Positions 20,016-30,480 of a stretch of DNA of 42,271 bases are shown in pieces; position 1 is the stretch's first letter; each line of letters begins with the position of its first letter. A program made the translations under genes and the position numbers. The stretch is from Flavobacteriales bacterium. GTDB lineage: Bacteria; Bacteroidota; Bacteroidia; Palsa-965. The notes below the pieces were generated by a model. That model was not told the origin of the DNA. It did no database searches and saw nothing but the letters and a program-made list of their open reading frames with translations. Location: the NCBI GenBank assembly GCA_040377305.1, contig JBEIPA010000037.1, forward strand, positions 1 to 42,271. The letters are read 5' to 3'.

Positions 20016-20023
20016 TACATTTG
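20016..20023 (+). promoter_or_regulatory. Bacteroidota -7 box (TACATTTG) upstream of the SprB-repeat operon
   Basis: TAnnTTTG match; a second match, TATCTTTG, lies at 19890-19897. Confidence 0.5.
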
Positions 20024-20209
20024 CCATCGCAAAACCCGCCCGATGAACTCAGCTGCCCGGATCCTGTTCCCCCAGGATAAGCACGTGAATCGCAATGCTC
20101 CGGCATTGTTCCCTACCGAATTCTTCGGACAGAATTGCGCACACACAATTTCCTTCCATTGCCACCTTGAGTGCAGTCGAAGGGTCCACACTTACAAAAC
20201 CAATTGCTG

Positions 20210-23200
20210 ATGAAGAAGATCATTTTAAGAATGATGGCGTTTGCATTGCTGGCTGTACCGGCTCTCATGAACGCGCAAGCACCCACGTTCCGCTTTTCGT
20301 ATGACATAGGCGCATTCGATATTGCCGGAGGAATGGTGCAGACTCCAACCGGAGAATTTACTTACGCAGGCTTGAACAACTCCTTCGGTCCGTATTACGG
20401 AAACGCAATGCAAATTGACGCACAAGGACAAGTTGTTTGGGCGAAGTCTTACACTGCAGGATTTGCGAGTAGCTTTTCCGACATCAAGAACGTGAGCACA
20501 GGAGGATACATTGTTACCGGACAATCTACCAGTAGCGGTGGTGGTGCAATTCTTGTTCGTCTCGATGCAACAGGCAACATCGTGTGGTCGTTCCGTTATC
20601 AGCTTCCGAACATTCCTTCAGGTAATGCTTCAAGCGAATATGGTTCAGCCGTTATTGAAACTTCCGACGGTGGATTTCTCGTTGGTGGTGGTGTAGATTA
20701 TTTCTGGGACGGCGTTAGCGGAACAACTGTTGACACGACAAGCGCACTCGGTTTCAAAGTAAACTCAACCGGCACACTCTTGTGGAGTCATGTTTGGCCA
20801 ATTACTGTTACCAACCCCGATGAACATTATATCAGTGATGTTGCAGAATCAGCGGACGGATACTACTTCGCTGGTCAGTCTTCTGAAGGAACAGGAACAC
20901 TTAGTAGTAACGGAGATTATCCAAGCCAGGGGTTGCTGATCAAAACAAACATTGCAGGCACAACACAATTCGTGCGTCGGTTCGGAGCAGGAGGATCATC
21001 GCAAGGATTGAATTGCATTATTCGTCTTTCGACAGGCAATATGCTCTGCGGAGGATTCGATGCAGAGCATGCCATGATGTTCTCCATTAACGGAACAGGA
21101 AGCTCAACCCCTGTTGTTGCTTTTAACCGACGTCTTACTGGCGGACTTTTCACGAGTATTTATATGCTCAACGACATCGTGGAGAACTCCGACGGTAACT
21201 ATTCAATCATCGGAACACGATTGCAGTTCCTTTCTGTTGCATTAACCACAATGATCGTAAAAATCAACAGCACAACAGGTGCTCTGATGTTTGGAAGATA
21301 TTACGCACCAATCGGACTGAGTGGAATTCTTCCGGAAGGTGGATTGTGCAGTGATCAGGGATACTACATCTCTATTACCGATCAGCAATTAGCAGGTTTC
21401 AATGCGAATATCATCCGAACTGATCCAACCGGTCAGGTAAGTACTGCAGCAGGTTGTCAGGGTACAGCTTTCAGTCCGGCGCTTGCGGGACAAACCGTAA
21501 CGTGGAGCACACCTACCAGCGGGGATTTCAACTTACTAACTTCTTCCACCGCCACGTTTACCGTCAATAACCAGACTCCGACGCGCACGCAACATTGTTT
21601 GAATATTCCGGCGATTCTTTCTGCAACATCAACACGCACAAACGTTACTTGTTTTGGCGCATGTAACGGAACAGCAACCGCTACTCCTGTTGGTGGAACT
21701 GCTCCATATACTTATTCATGGAACTCTGCACCCGTGCAAACAACGGCAACTGCTACCGGATTATGTCCCGGGAACTATACGTGTACTATTACAGATAACG
21801 TGGGCGCAACGACCACGACTACTGTAAACATTACACAACCTGCAGCAGCTTTGAGTGCGAACATATCTTCTCAAACCAACCTGGCCTGTAACGCTGTCTG
21901 CAGCGGAGCAGCAACAGTGAGTGCGTCTGGTGGTACTGCAGGCTACACGTATGCCTGGGCTCCATCGGGAGGAACAGGAACAACTGCATCGAACTTGTGC
22001 GCTGGTGTTTACACCGTAACCATAACTGATGCCAACAACTGTACAACGACGCAAACTGCGAACATCACACAACCTACTGCGGTTACCGCGACAGCTACTT
22101 CTACTCCATCCAGTTGCGCCGGTAACACCGGAAGTGCAACAGCATCTCCGAGTGGTGGTGCAGGCGGATACACGTACAGCTGGAGTCCATCAGGACAAAC
22201 AACTGCAACTGCAACGAATCTGGCTCCGGGAGCTTATGTTGTTACCGTGACTGACGCGAATGGTTGTACAACAACTGCGAACGTAACTGTTTCAACAACG
22301 TCCGGACCGACTGCATCCTTGCTTGGTGCACCAACTGATGTTTTATGTTTCGGTGGAAACAACGGTAGTGCAACTGTGAATGTGAGTGGTGGTTCTCCGG
22401 GATACACGTATTCATGGGCTCCATCAGGAGGAACAACTGCGACAGGCACAAATCTTACCGCAGGAAACTATACGTGTACAATTACAGATCAGGCTGGTTG
22501 CGTAACGACACAAACCGTTGCGATAACAGAGCCTTCACTCCTTACAGCAACTGCTTCATCAGCGCAAACAAGCTGTACGAACACCGGAAGCGCTACTGCG
22601 AATCCAAGTGGAGGTGCCGGATCATACACGTATGTTTGGTCACCATCCGGAGGAACAGCGCAAACGGAAAACAACCTTGGAGTGGGAACATACTCGTGTG
22701 TAATAACTGATGCGAATGGATGTACAACTTCAACGTCAGCGTCAATTACACTCGGTACTCCAATTACAGTTGGTGTTTCTGCAACTTCATCTACGGTTTG
22801 CGCAGGAACTACGACTACACTCACCGCAAGCGGCGCAACGAACTACAACTGGCAGCCCGGTGGTCAGACCACAAATACAATTGTTGTTACGCCATCTTCT
22901 TCAACAACCTATACGTTGATCGGAACAGACGGTACAAATTGCGCAGATACAACGACATTCCTTGTTAACGTAAATCCTACTCCAACAGTTGCCGTTGTGG
23001 CAAACCCTGCTTCAATTTGTCAGGGCGACAGCGTGCAGATTGGTGCTGGTGGTGCAAGTACATACTTGTGGTTGCCGGGCAATCAAACAACTGCTGTGAT
23101 CACTGAATACCCAACAGCGACAACTACATACACCATCATCGGAACTGATGCTTTAGGTTGCTCAGACACAACAACTGTTACAGTCGTTGTGAACTCTACA

Positions 23201-24568
23201 CCTTCGATCACAGCAAGTGCAAGTACGGATACATCTTGCACAGGTGCTCCTGTAACACTTACAGGTACAGGTGCAAGTACATACAACTGGACACCAGGTC
23301 CGTTAACAGGAAACTCAGTCGTTGTGAATCCTACGGTGAACACAACGTATACCGTTATCGGCTTGAATGGCGTGTGTGCCGATACAGCAACAGTTGATAT
23401 TGCCGTTACACCAGGACCAACAATCAGCGTTTCTTCCGGCAATGACACAATCTGTCAGGGAAGTTCAAGCACAATGACCGCTAGCGGCGCTGTTACCTAT
23501 GCTTGGTCGAGCGGAGGAACAAACGCAAGTGAAACTGTTTCTCCATCCGCAAGCGCAACGTATACGGTAACAGGAACTGATGCAAACGGTTGTTCAACCA
23601 CTGCAACGTTCTCTGTAACAGTAAACATTCCTGCTGCAGTAATTGTTACAGGAACGAATACAATCTGCAACGGAAGCACATCAACACTCACAGCAAGCGG
23701 CGGTGTTAGTTATGTGTGGAGCACTTCTGCAACATCGACCTCGATCACGGTGAATCCAACCGCGTCTCAAACGTATTCAGTAGTTGGAACAGACGTGAAT
23801 GGTTGCACGAACAGCACAACTTACTCTGTAACCGTTGTTCCGCCTCCAACAGCAGGTGTAACAGGAAACACCGTTGCATGTCCGGGATCACCAGTAACAC
23901 TAACGGCTTCCGGTGGTGGTACATACGTGTGGTTGCCAACAGGTGGAACTTCATCAACAGAGATTGTGACTCCATCAGCATCGACGACTTATTCTGTTGT
24001 GGTTTCAAACGGTACTTGTACGGATACAGCATCAATCACTGTAACAGTCGGAACAGGTCCTGCTGCTAACGCCGGTGCTGATACTACAATCAACTACGGT
24101 GGTTCTGCACAGATCAACGGATCCGGTGGCGGAACTTATGCATGGTCGCCTTCGGGTACATTGGATGATGCCACAGCAGCGAATCCAGTAGCAACTCCAA
24201 CGGTGACGACAACTTATACAGTTATTGTAACAGATGCGAACGGTTGTACTGCAATTGACTCGATGACAGTTTATGTTGATTTCGATTGCGGAACGATTTT
24301 CGTTCCAAACATCTTCTCTCCGAACTTCGACCAGCACAATGATGAGTTGCAGGTTTACGGAACACTCTGCGTAGAGAATTTCCATTGGGCAATTTACGAT
24401 CGTTGGGGCGAACTCGTTTTCGAAACAACAGACCCGAATCAGAAATGGGACGGAACATACAAAGGGAAAATGCTTGATCCTGCTGTGTTCGTTTATCGTT
24501 TGACGTACAATGAACTCACAACCGGTGAGGCGAAAGAAGCACACGGAAACGTAACGTTGGTTAAGTAA
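20210..24568 (+). CDS. Large T9SS type B cargo: N-terminal beta-propeller, SprB repeats, Ig/PKD-like repeats, gliding-motility (CHU_C) CTD
   Basis: Signal peptide from MKKIIL; ~5 SprB repeats (CFGACNGTATA..GGTAPYTYSW); several 'ICxG..TLTASG..Y.W..P..TTTYTV.GTD.NGC' repeats; CTD FVPNIFSPNFD...IYDRWGE...WDG...VFVY. Confidence 0.9.
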   Translation: MKKIILRMMAFALLAVPALMNAQAPTFRFSYDIGAFDIAGGMVQTPTGEFTYAGLNNSFGPYYGNAMQIDAQGQVVWAKSYTAGFASSFSDIKNVSTGGYIVTGQSTSSGGGAILVRLDATGNIVWSFRYQLPNIPSGNASSEYGSAVIETSDGGFLVGGGVDYFWDGVSGTTVDTTSALGFKVNSTGTLLWSHVWPITVTNPDEHYISDVAESADGYYFAGQSSEGTGTLSSNGDYPSQGLLIKTNIAGTTQFVRRFGAGGSSQGLNCIIRLSTGNMLCGGFDAEHAMMFSINGTGSSTPVVAFNRRLTGGLFTSIYMLNDIVENSDGNYSIIGTRLQFLSVALTTMIVKINSTTGALMFGRYYAPIGLSGILPEGGLCSDQGYYISITDQQLAGFNANIIRTDPTGQVSTAAGCQGTAFSPALAGQTVTWSTPTSGDFNLLTSSTATFTVNNQTPTRTQHCLNIPAILSATSTRTNVTCFGACNGTATATPVGGTAPYTYSWNSAPVQTTATATGLCPGNYTCTITDNVGATTTTTVNITQPAAALSANISSQTNLACNAVCSGAATVSASGGTAGYTYAWAPSGGTGTTASNLCAGVYTVTITDANNCTTTQTANITQPTAVTATATSTPSSCAGNTGSATASPSGGAGGYTYSWSPSGQTTATATNLAPGAYVVTVTDANGCTTTANVTVSTTSGPTASLLGAPTDVLCFGGNNGSATVNVSGGSPGYTYSWAPSGGTTATGTNLTAGNYTCTITDQAGCVTTQTVAITEPSLLTATASSAQTSCTNTGSATANPSGGAGSYTYVWSPSGGTAQTENNLGVGTYSCVITDANGCTTSTSASITLGTPITVGVSATSSTVCAGTTTTLTASGATNYNWQPGGQTTNTIVVTPSSSTTYTLIGTDGTNCADTTTFLVNVNPTPTVAVVANPASICQGDSVQIGAGGASTYLWLPGNQTTAVITEYPTATTTYTIIGTDALGCSDTTTVTVVVNSTPSITASASTDTSCTGAPVTLTGTGASTYNWTPGPLTGNSVVVNPTVNTTYTVIGLNGVCADTATVDIAVTPGPTISVSSGNDTICQGSSSTMTASGAVTYAWSSGGTNASETVSPSASATYTVTGTDANGCSTTATFSVTVNIPAAVIVTGTNTICNGSTSTLTASGGVSYVWSTSATSTSITVNPTASQTYSVVGTDVNGCTNSTTYSVTVVPPPTAGVTGNTVACPGSPVTLTASGGGTYVWLPTGGTSSTEIVTPSASTTYSVVVSNGTCTDTASITVTVGTGPAANAGADTTINYGGSAQINGSGGGTYAWSPSGTLDDATAANPVATPTVTTTYTVIVTDANGCTAIDSMTVYVDFDCGTIFVPNIFSPNFDQHNDELQVYGTLCVENFHWAIYDRWGELVFETTDPNQKWDGTYKGKMLDPAVFVYRLTYNELTTGEAKEAHGNVTLVK

Positions 24569-24589
24569 ATCCTGCAAAAAGAAAAGATC

Positions 24590-25636
24590 ATGAAAAACTC
24601 ATTGAAATATACTTTATCAATTGCAGGTCTCGCACTCGGTGCGTTCACACTGCAGGCACAAGACATTCACCATTCCATGTTCAACGAAACGCCCGTGTTG
24701 CTGAATCCCGCACGCGCGGGTGTTCCGTTCGATGCACGCGCTATCCTGAACTACAAGAGTCAGTGGTCGACAGTTGCTGAGCCCTACAAAACAGTTGCTT
24801 TCAGTGGCGACCTGGCTCTGTTCAAGAAGAAGAACAAGAAAGCCTACATGGGACTTGGTCTTACATTCTACAACGACAAAGCCGGTGACGTAGGAATGAA
24901 AACAACACAAGTTGGACTTTCCATTTCCGGAGTTCTGAAAGTGAGTGACAACAGTTTGCTTTCTGCTGGATTGATGACCGGATTCGTTCAGCGCGGAATC
25001 GGAAGCGGCAACCAGCAATGGGGCGAGCAGTACGATGGAACACAGTGGAACTCGTCACTTGGGAGTGGAGAATCTTCAACGCTTCAGAATCACAACCTTG
25101 TTGATCTTGGTGTCGGTGTAAATTATTACTTCGGCAAAGGAGAGAAATATCTGTCGGCTAACGACGGAGTGAAAATGAACATCGGTGTTGCATTATTTCA
25201 CCCACACGGACCGAAGTATTCGTACTACATGGATGCAACGGAAAAATTATATGCGAAGTTTGTCGCGCATGGTTGGGCTTCCTTCGGAACTGGAAACAGC
25301 AATCTGTGCATCGAACCATCTTTCGTTTACTTCAGACAGGGAAGTCAGCAGGAATTTACACCAGGTGTAAACTTCAAGTACATTCTCAGCGAAGCATCGA
25401 AATACACCGGACGTAAAAAAGCTTCTGCATTTTCACTTGGAGGTTATCTCCGCGCGAAAGATGCATTCATTGCAACAACCATGTTTGAATTCAGCAGTTA
25501 TGCTGTTGGATTCAGCTATGATGTAAACGTTTCCTCACTACGAGTAGTGAGCCAAAAGCGTGGTGGATTCGAAGTGTTTCTGCGTTTCGTATTCCCGAAT
25601 CCGTTTGGAGCTCCTTCCAGCAAATCAATGATTTAA
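24590..25636 (+). CDS. PorP/SprF-family T9SS membrane protein
   Basis: QDIHHSMF..TPVLLNPA, NYKSQW, DKAG, GFSYDVNVSSL, GGFEV; immediately follows a type B CTD gene. Confidence 0.92.
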   Translation: MKNSLKYTLSIAGLALGAFTLQAQDIHHSMFNETPVLLNPARAGVPFDARAILNYKSQWSTVAEPYKTVAFSGDLALFKKKNKKAYMGLGLTFYNDKAGDVGMKTTQVGLSISGVLKVSDNSLLSAGLMTGFVQRGIGSGNQQWGEQYDGTQWNSSLGSGESSTLQNHNLVDLGVGVNYYFGKGEKYLSANDGVKMNIGVALFHPHGPKYSYYMDATEKLYAKFVAHGWASFGTGNSNLCIEPSFVYFRQGSQQEFTPGVNFKYILSEASKYTGRKKASAFSLGGYLRAKDAFIATTMFEFSSYAVGFSYDVNVSSLRVVSQKRGGFEVFLRFVFPNPFGAPSSKSMI

Positions 25637-25641
25637 GAACG

Positions 25642-27177
25642 ATGAAGATTTCTGTTTTTATTGCAGCTGCTTTTATTACCGGAACGAGTTTCGCACAGAA
25701 CGATTCTGTGAAAATCGAAATCAAGAATCTCGGGACGGATGTAAACTCGCCGTATGCGGAGTATTCACCGGTGATTTCGGCTGATGGTGCTATCATGTTG
25801 TTCACTTCGCGCAAGCCGAACAACGAGAAAGACATCAAGAAGAACAAGCAGAGTATGGAGATGATTTACGTATCGAACGCAAAAGGTTCGGCGTGGAATG
25901 TTCCTTCTCCTGCCCCATCTCCCGTGAATATTCCCGGTCGCAACAATGTTGTTCTCGGTCTTTCGAATGATGGTCAGCGCATGATGATCTATCGCGATGA
26001 CGATGCGGGCAACGGAAACATCTGGGAAACGGATCTGGAAGGCATGACGTGGTCTGAACCCGTTTTACTTCCGTCTCCGATTAACTCAACCAGTCATGAA
26101 TCATCTGCGAGCTTAGCTCCCGATGGAAATACGATTTACTTTGTAAGTGATCGTCCCGGTGGATTGGGTGGGCGCGACATCTGGATCTGTACGAAAGATG
26201 CGAGTGGAAATTGGGGAACGCCGATCAATCCCGGTTCTGCAATTAACACCAAAGACAATGAAGAAGGTGTGTTCATTCACCCGGATGGCGTGACGTTGTA
26301 TTTCTCTTCCCAGGGTCACAAAGGTTTAGGCGGTTATGATGTTTACAAAACAACGCGCGTAAACGGAATGTGGACAACCGCAGAAAATCTCAACGCGCCC
26401 GTGAATACTCCTGGTGATGAACTCTTCTACCAGCTCACTGCAGATGGTAAGAAAGCCTACTACAGTTCTTCAGGTCAGCCCGGAAGTGTGGGTGAGAAAG
26501 ATATTTACGAAATCACTTACACTGCGATCGAAAAAGCGAAAGACAAAGGTCCGAAGCTCACACTGCTGAAAGGGATTGTGATGGATTCACTCACGCACAA
26601 ACCACTTGCTGCGCGTATTGACATTTACGACAACGAGAAAAACGAACTCGTGACCTCGTTGCATTCGAATAGCGCGACAGGTGCTTACTTAGTTTCTCTT
26701 CCTGCAGGAAAAAACTACAACATCACAGCAACAGCCCCGGGATATCTTTTTCACTCCGACAATTTCGTTGTACCCGATAGTTCTTCGTACAAAGAAATCC
26801 ACCGTGACATTGAATTACAGAAGCTGGAAGTGGGAAGCAGTATTGTGCTGAACAATATCTTCTTCGATTACAACAAGGCAACCTTGCGTTCTGAATCGTA
26901 TGCAGAGCTGAATAACCTTTTGAAACTGATGGAAGAAAATCCAACGCTGGTCATTGAAATTTCCGGTCACACGGATAATCGCGGAACATCGGAGTACAAC
27001 AAGAAGCTTTCGAACGATCGCGCACACGCAGTTGTTGATTATCTGATTTCAAAAGGTGTTGCAGCCAATCGCATGACGTATGCGGGATACGGCTTTGATA
27101 AACCGGTTCGGCCGAATACGACAGAAGAGAATATGCAGATGAACCGAAGAGTGGAGTTTAAGATTATTTCGAAGTAA
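25642..27177 (+). CDS. PorE-like protein: PD40 repeats + carboxypeptidase-regulatory-like domain + OmpA peptidoglycan-binding domain
   Basis: PD40 repeats (EYSPVISADG, LAPDGNTIYFVSDRPGG, IHPDGVTLYFSS); OmpA motifs NIFFDY, IEISGHTD, LSNDRA, NRRVEF. Confidence 0.9.
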   Translation: MKISVFIAAAFITGTSFAQNDSVKIEIKNLGTDVNSPYAEYSPVISADGAIMLFTSRKPNNEKDIKKNKQSMEMIYVSNAKGSAWNVPSPAPSPVNIPGRNNVVLGLSNDGQRMMIYRDDDAGNGNIWETDLEGMTWSEPVLLPSPINSTSHESSASLAPDGNTIYFVSDRPGGLGGRDIWICTKDASGNWGTPINPGSAINTKDNEEGVFIHPDGVTLYFSSQGHKGLGGYDVYKTTRVNGMWTTAENLNAPVNTPGDELFYQLTADGKKAYYSSSGQPGSVGEKDIYEITYTAIEKAKDKGPKLTLLKGIVMDSLTHKPLAARIDIYDNEKNELVTSLHSNSATGAYLVSLPAGKNYNITATAPGYLFHSDNFVVPDSSSYKEIHRDIELQKLEVGSSIVLNNIFFDYNKATLRSESYAELNNLLKLMEENPTLVIEISGHTDNRGTSEYNKKLSNDRAHAVVDYLISKGVAANRMTYAGYGFDKPVRPNTTEENMQMNRRVEFKIISK

Positions 27178-27199
27178 ACGCTAATTCAAAATAAACCAG

Positions 27200-27240
27200 C
27201 AAGGGCACAGAAGATCACTTTCTGTGCCCTTGTTTCTTTC
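27200..27240 (+). terminator. Intrinsic terminator of the SprB-like/porP/OmpA operon
   Basis: Perfect 13-bp stem caagggcacagaa/ttctgtgcccttg, 7-nt loop, followed by tttctttc. Confidence 0.85.
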
Positions 27241-27272
27241 TACCTTTGGATGTGGTACTCCGGAAAATTGCG

Positions 27273-27929
27273 ATGTGGTTTATTAATTCAAGACTGAAAA
27301 GGTGGATATTCATCTACCTTCCACTACTCCTCGTCGCTTTCATCTTCACCTGCCATTTGCTCGTAGAAAATTCTGCGAACGGAAAAATCTATACGCGCGC
27401 GGAAGATGTTCCTCAGGTTTCTGCAGCTTTAGTTCTCGGCACGAGTCCAATGTCGAAGGGAAAAGTAAATCTCTACTATCAATATCGGATGGAAGCGGCT
27501 GCTGCGTTGTGGAAAGCCGGAAAAGTGAAATACATTATCGTGAGCGGAGATAATTCTACCGTGCAGTACGACGAAGCCACGTTTATGCGCAATACGCTGA
27601 AAGAGCTCGGAGTGCCGGATTCTGTAATCACACTCGACTATGCCGGATTCAGAACATTGGACTCTGTAGTCCGTGCATATTGGGTATTCGGACAAAATAA
27701 TATTGTGATCGTGTCGCAGGAATTTCACAACGAACGTGCAATCTATATCGCTGAACAATTCGGAATTAATGCAGTCGCTCTAAATGCAAAAGATGTTCCC
27801 GGAAATTACGGTTGGGCTACTGCGCTGAGAGAATATCTTGCACGCGTGAATGCCGTACTCGATGTTCATTTGTTGGGCACCACTCCCAAGTTCCCGGGAC
27901 CACCGGAGCCATTAGGACGTGTGAAGTGA
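27273..27929 (+). CDS. sanA: SanA/YdcF (DUF218) envelope protein
   Basis: ALVLGT, IIVSGDN, LDYAGFRTLDSVVRA, SQEFHNERA, REYLAR. The -7 box TACCTTTG at 27241-27248 overlaps the TTG start in the ORF track, so a later start (27252 or 27273) is likely. Confidence 0.88.
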   Translation: MWFINSRLKRWIFIYLPLLLVAFIFTCHLLVENSANGKIYTRAEDVPQVSAALVLGTSPMSKGKVNLYYQYRMEAAAALWKAGKVKYIIVSGDNSTVQYDEATFMRNTLKELGVPDSVITLDYAGFRTLDSVVRAYWVFGQNNIVIVSQEFHNERAIYIAEQFGINAVALNAKDVPGNYGWATALREYLARVNAVLDVHLLGTTPKFPGPPEPLGRVK

Positions 27930-27941
27930 TTCGTTGGCAGT

Positions 27942-30425
27942 TTACTGTCCTCTCACCAAATGCACAAATCCACTTTTCTCTCTGAGTTGTGTGCAGAACC
28001 AATAGTTCACTGCGTAATAGTAAACTCCATCGGCGCAAGGATTCCCGTTGAACGATCCATCCCAACCTATCTCGGGTTCAGTGGTGTGATACACTTTCGT
28101 TCCGTTGCGATCGTAAATAGTCAGATCGTATGCTTTGCTCACAATGTCACCTAGCAAGAATACATCGTTGATGCCGTCGTTGTTTGGACTGAACACGTTG
28201 GGAAGAGAAATTGTATCAACCAGATCGACACGCATATTCACCTTGAACGTACAGATGTCGTAAGGACCCGCGACGCTACCGTTCGAATACGCCCACGGTG
28301 TAGTTGAAAAATACGAACCGCCAATACACGCAGCCTGATACAGAACTCCGTTGTCATCGAAATGTCCGCTGCCACCATCAATGTGCTGACCCGTATAATA
28401 AGTTGACGAGAGCAATGCCGTCGCATCTTCTTCGATTACTCCAATGAAGAATTGATTGTCGAATGAATATGTGAACAATGTATCATCGGTTGTTGGCCAA
28501 CGGGAAATTCCAACGTATGCAGCAATGTAAACGCGTTCACATTCATCGACCATGAACGCTGTGATGGCATTGTTGTTTGGACGTAGCGGATCCGGACCGA
28601 CTAAAGATGGAGGTCCGGGAGAAGTTGGTCCTCCAACACCGGTTACCTGTAAGTTTGCAGGCGCAGGTTGACCGATGGTTGTTGAATACATCAGTTCTGT
28701 AAGCGAGGAATTGAACTTGGCAATAAACTGAGGCGCGTTTTCCATGAACCACACGCCATCTGTTACCGGAGTTCCTTGTCGTGATATTCCACAGATGTAA
28801 ACGTCACCGTCTTTGTCGAGGTCAATGTAGAACGCACAATCGAGAAGTGATCCCCCATAAAGCGTGCCTGCGTTCAATGTACTTCCATCTGAACTGAGAT
28901 TCACAACGAAAACGTCGGTACCGCCACCGGGTGTTGTATTCCAGCAGCCTGCCACCGTTGGAAATGGAGAGAACATATTATTTGTTCCGCCGCAAACATA
29001 AATCGACCCGTCCGCTGCTTCTTTCAATCCAAGTGCTATATCGTGCACGCCGCTTCCGAGATAAGTTGCCCACACCATTGTGGTGAGTGCGCTATTCATG
29101 CGCAGTACAACGGCATCCTGACCTCCGCTGGTTGTTGTTCTGTATGCGCCCGGAGTTGCCGGAAAATTATTTGAAGTTGTTGAACTGCTTACCAGCACAT
29201 CTCCATTTTTTGCAATCTCAATACAACCACGCAAGCGATCGGGATAATAGGGAGTGAGCAGACTGGACGCTTCTCCCCAGGTACCGCCCACAACTGTTGC
29301 ACCCAGTAAATTCGATCCGGTGTTGTCGAGATAACAGATGTACAGATCACAAATGCCATTCATCACCGTATCGAATGCTGTTGACAGTGTTGGAAAATCC
29401 CAGGAGAATGTTGCGCCGTAGATGTAGAGTTTTCCTTCGCTTACGGCAAGGTTCTGTGGAAAATCATATCCACCGCCACCGATGTAAGTACAATACAATA
29501 AATTGCTTCCATCGGGATTGAATTTAAAAATGGCCAGATCAGTTGCGCCGCTGAAGTTCACATTGTACGCCCCCAGTGAAACCGGAAGACCAAGTGAAAA
29601 TGCGTCACCTGCAGAATAAATATTTCCTGCATCATCATACGTTGCGCTGAATCCACCGGTAACGCCTACTCCACCGCTATAGGTAGATGCAACAACAAGC
29701 GGGTCGATGATCAAGGGTAATTCTTCGTTGTAACCCGACGGAAAATAAAACTGAACTTCATTTCCGGTCAGCACAAACCCGCAAGGAACTTCACGCTTCA
29801 CGCCATTGACTAACTGGTAAGCAACCGGAATTACTTCTTCGATCTTCGCGAAACCAATATCAATCATCAACGATCCCCGATCAAGACGAATTGAATTCTG
29901 TCCGTTGTACTTCATCACAATCTGCGCAGGATTACTTCCCGGCTCAACGATGAAGTCATACTTCAACTGATTGCCGGCGGAGTAATATTGTATATCAACG
30001 CCCGGATAAATTTCATTGTATTCAATGTTTTGATAAACAGAAACATTGTTCGCCCATTTCGATTCATCCTTACCAAGGAAATAGTTTACCTCATGCTTTT
30101 GTTTGCATCCAGGTACAACAGCGGGCGTTTGTGCATTTACAAACTCAACTTCAAAAGCAAAACAACGGATATTCTCCGGTCCGGTTGCGACAACAGAATC
30201 GCTCAGTGATTCGTTCTCTTCATGCACACGCTTCACATCGTCGCATGAATAATACGTGTAGGTGATTTTATTTTCTTCGAAGAATGCGACGCCGGAATGG
30301 ATTTCTGCACGATACAACACGCGCTCATTCCATTGATTCTTATTCGGAACGAATGTGATTTGTGCACCAGCGACTGAAAATAAAATCAGTGCCAAAAAAG
30401 TAAGTATAGAAGTGCGTACAATCAT
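27942..30425 (-). CDS. SBBP beta-propeller protein with T9SS type B CTD (paralog A)
   Basis: FVPNKNQW N-domain, YPGVD..Y...LKYDFIV.PG, LIIDP..ASTYSG, repeated TY.GG..D propeller units, CTD LPNVFSPNNDGIND...WDG...GVYYY. Confidence 0.88.
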   Translation of the reverse strand: MIVRTSILTFLALILFSVAGAQITFVPNKNQWNERVLYRAEIHSGVAFFEENKITYTYYSCDDVKRVHEENESLSDSVVATGPENIRCFAFEVEFVNAQTPAVVPGCKQKHEVNYFLGKDESKWANNVSVYQNIEYNEIYPGVDIQYYSAGNQLKYDFIVEPGSNPAQIVMKYNGQNSIRLDRGSLMIDIGFAKIEEVIPVAYQLVNGVKREVPCGFVLTGNEVQFYFPSGYNEELPLIIDPLVVASTYSGGVGVTGGFSATYDDAGNIYSAGDAFSLGLPVSLGAYNVNFSGATDLAIFKFNPDGSNLLYCTYIGGGGYDFPQNLAVSEGKLYIYGATFSWDFPTLSTAFDTVMNGICDLYICYLDNTGSNLLGATVVGGTWGEASSLLTPYYPDRLRGCIEIAKNGDVLVSSSTTSNNFPATPGAYRTTTSGGQDAVVLRMNSALTTMVWATYLGSGVHDIALGLKEAADGSIYVCGGTNNMFSPFPTVAGCWNTTPGGGTDVFVVNLSSDGSTLNAGTLYGGSLLDCAFYIDLDKDGDVYICGISRQGTPVTDGVWFMENAPQFIAKFNSSLTELMYSTTIGQPAPANLQVTGVGGPTSPGPPSLVGPDPLRPNNNAITAFMVDECERVYIAAYVGISRWPTTDDTLFTYSFDNQFFIGVIEEDATALLSSTYYTGQHIDGGSGHFDDNGVLYQAACIGGSYFSTTPWAYSNGSVAGPYDICTFKVNMRVDLVDTISLPNVFSPNNDGINDVFLLGDIVSKAYDLTIYDRNGTKVYHTTEPEIGWDGSFNGNPCADGVYYYAVNYWFCTQLREKSGFVHLVRGQ

Positions 30426-30480
30426 TGCCGAACTCTAAAGGTCGCAAATAAATAGCGACTTGTAAGGTTAATTGAAAGTC

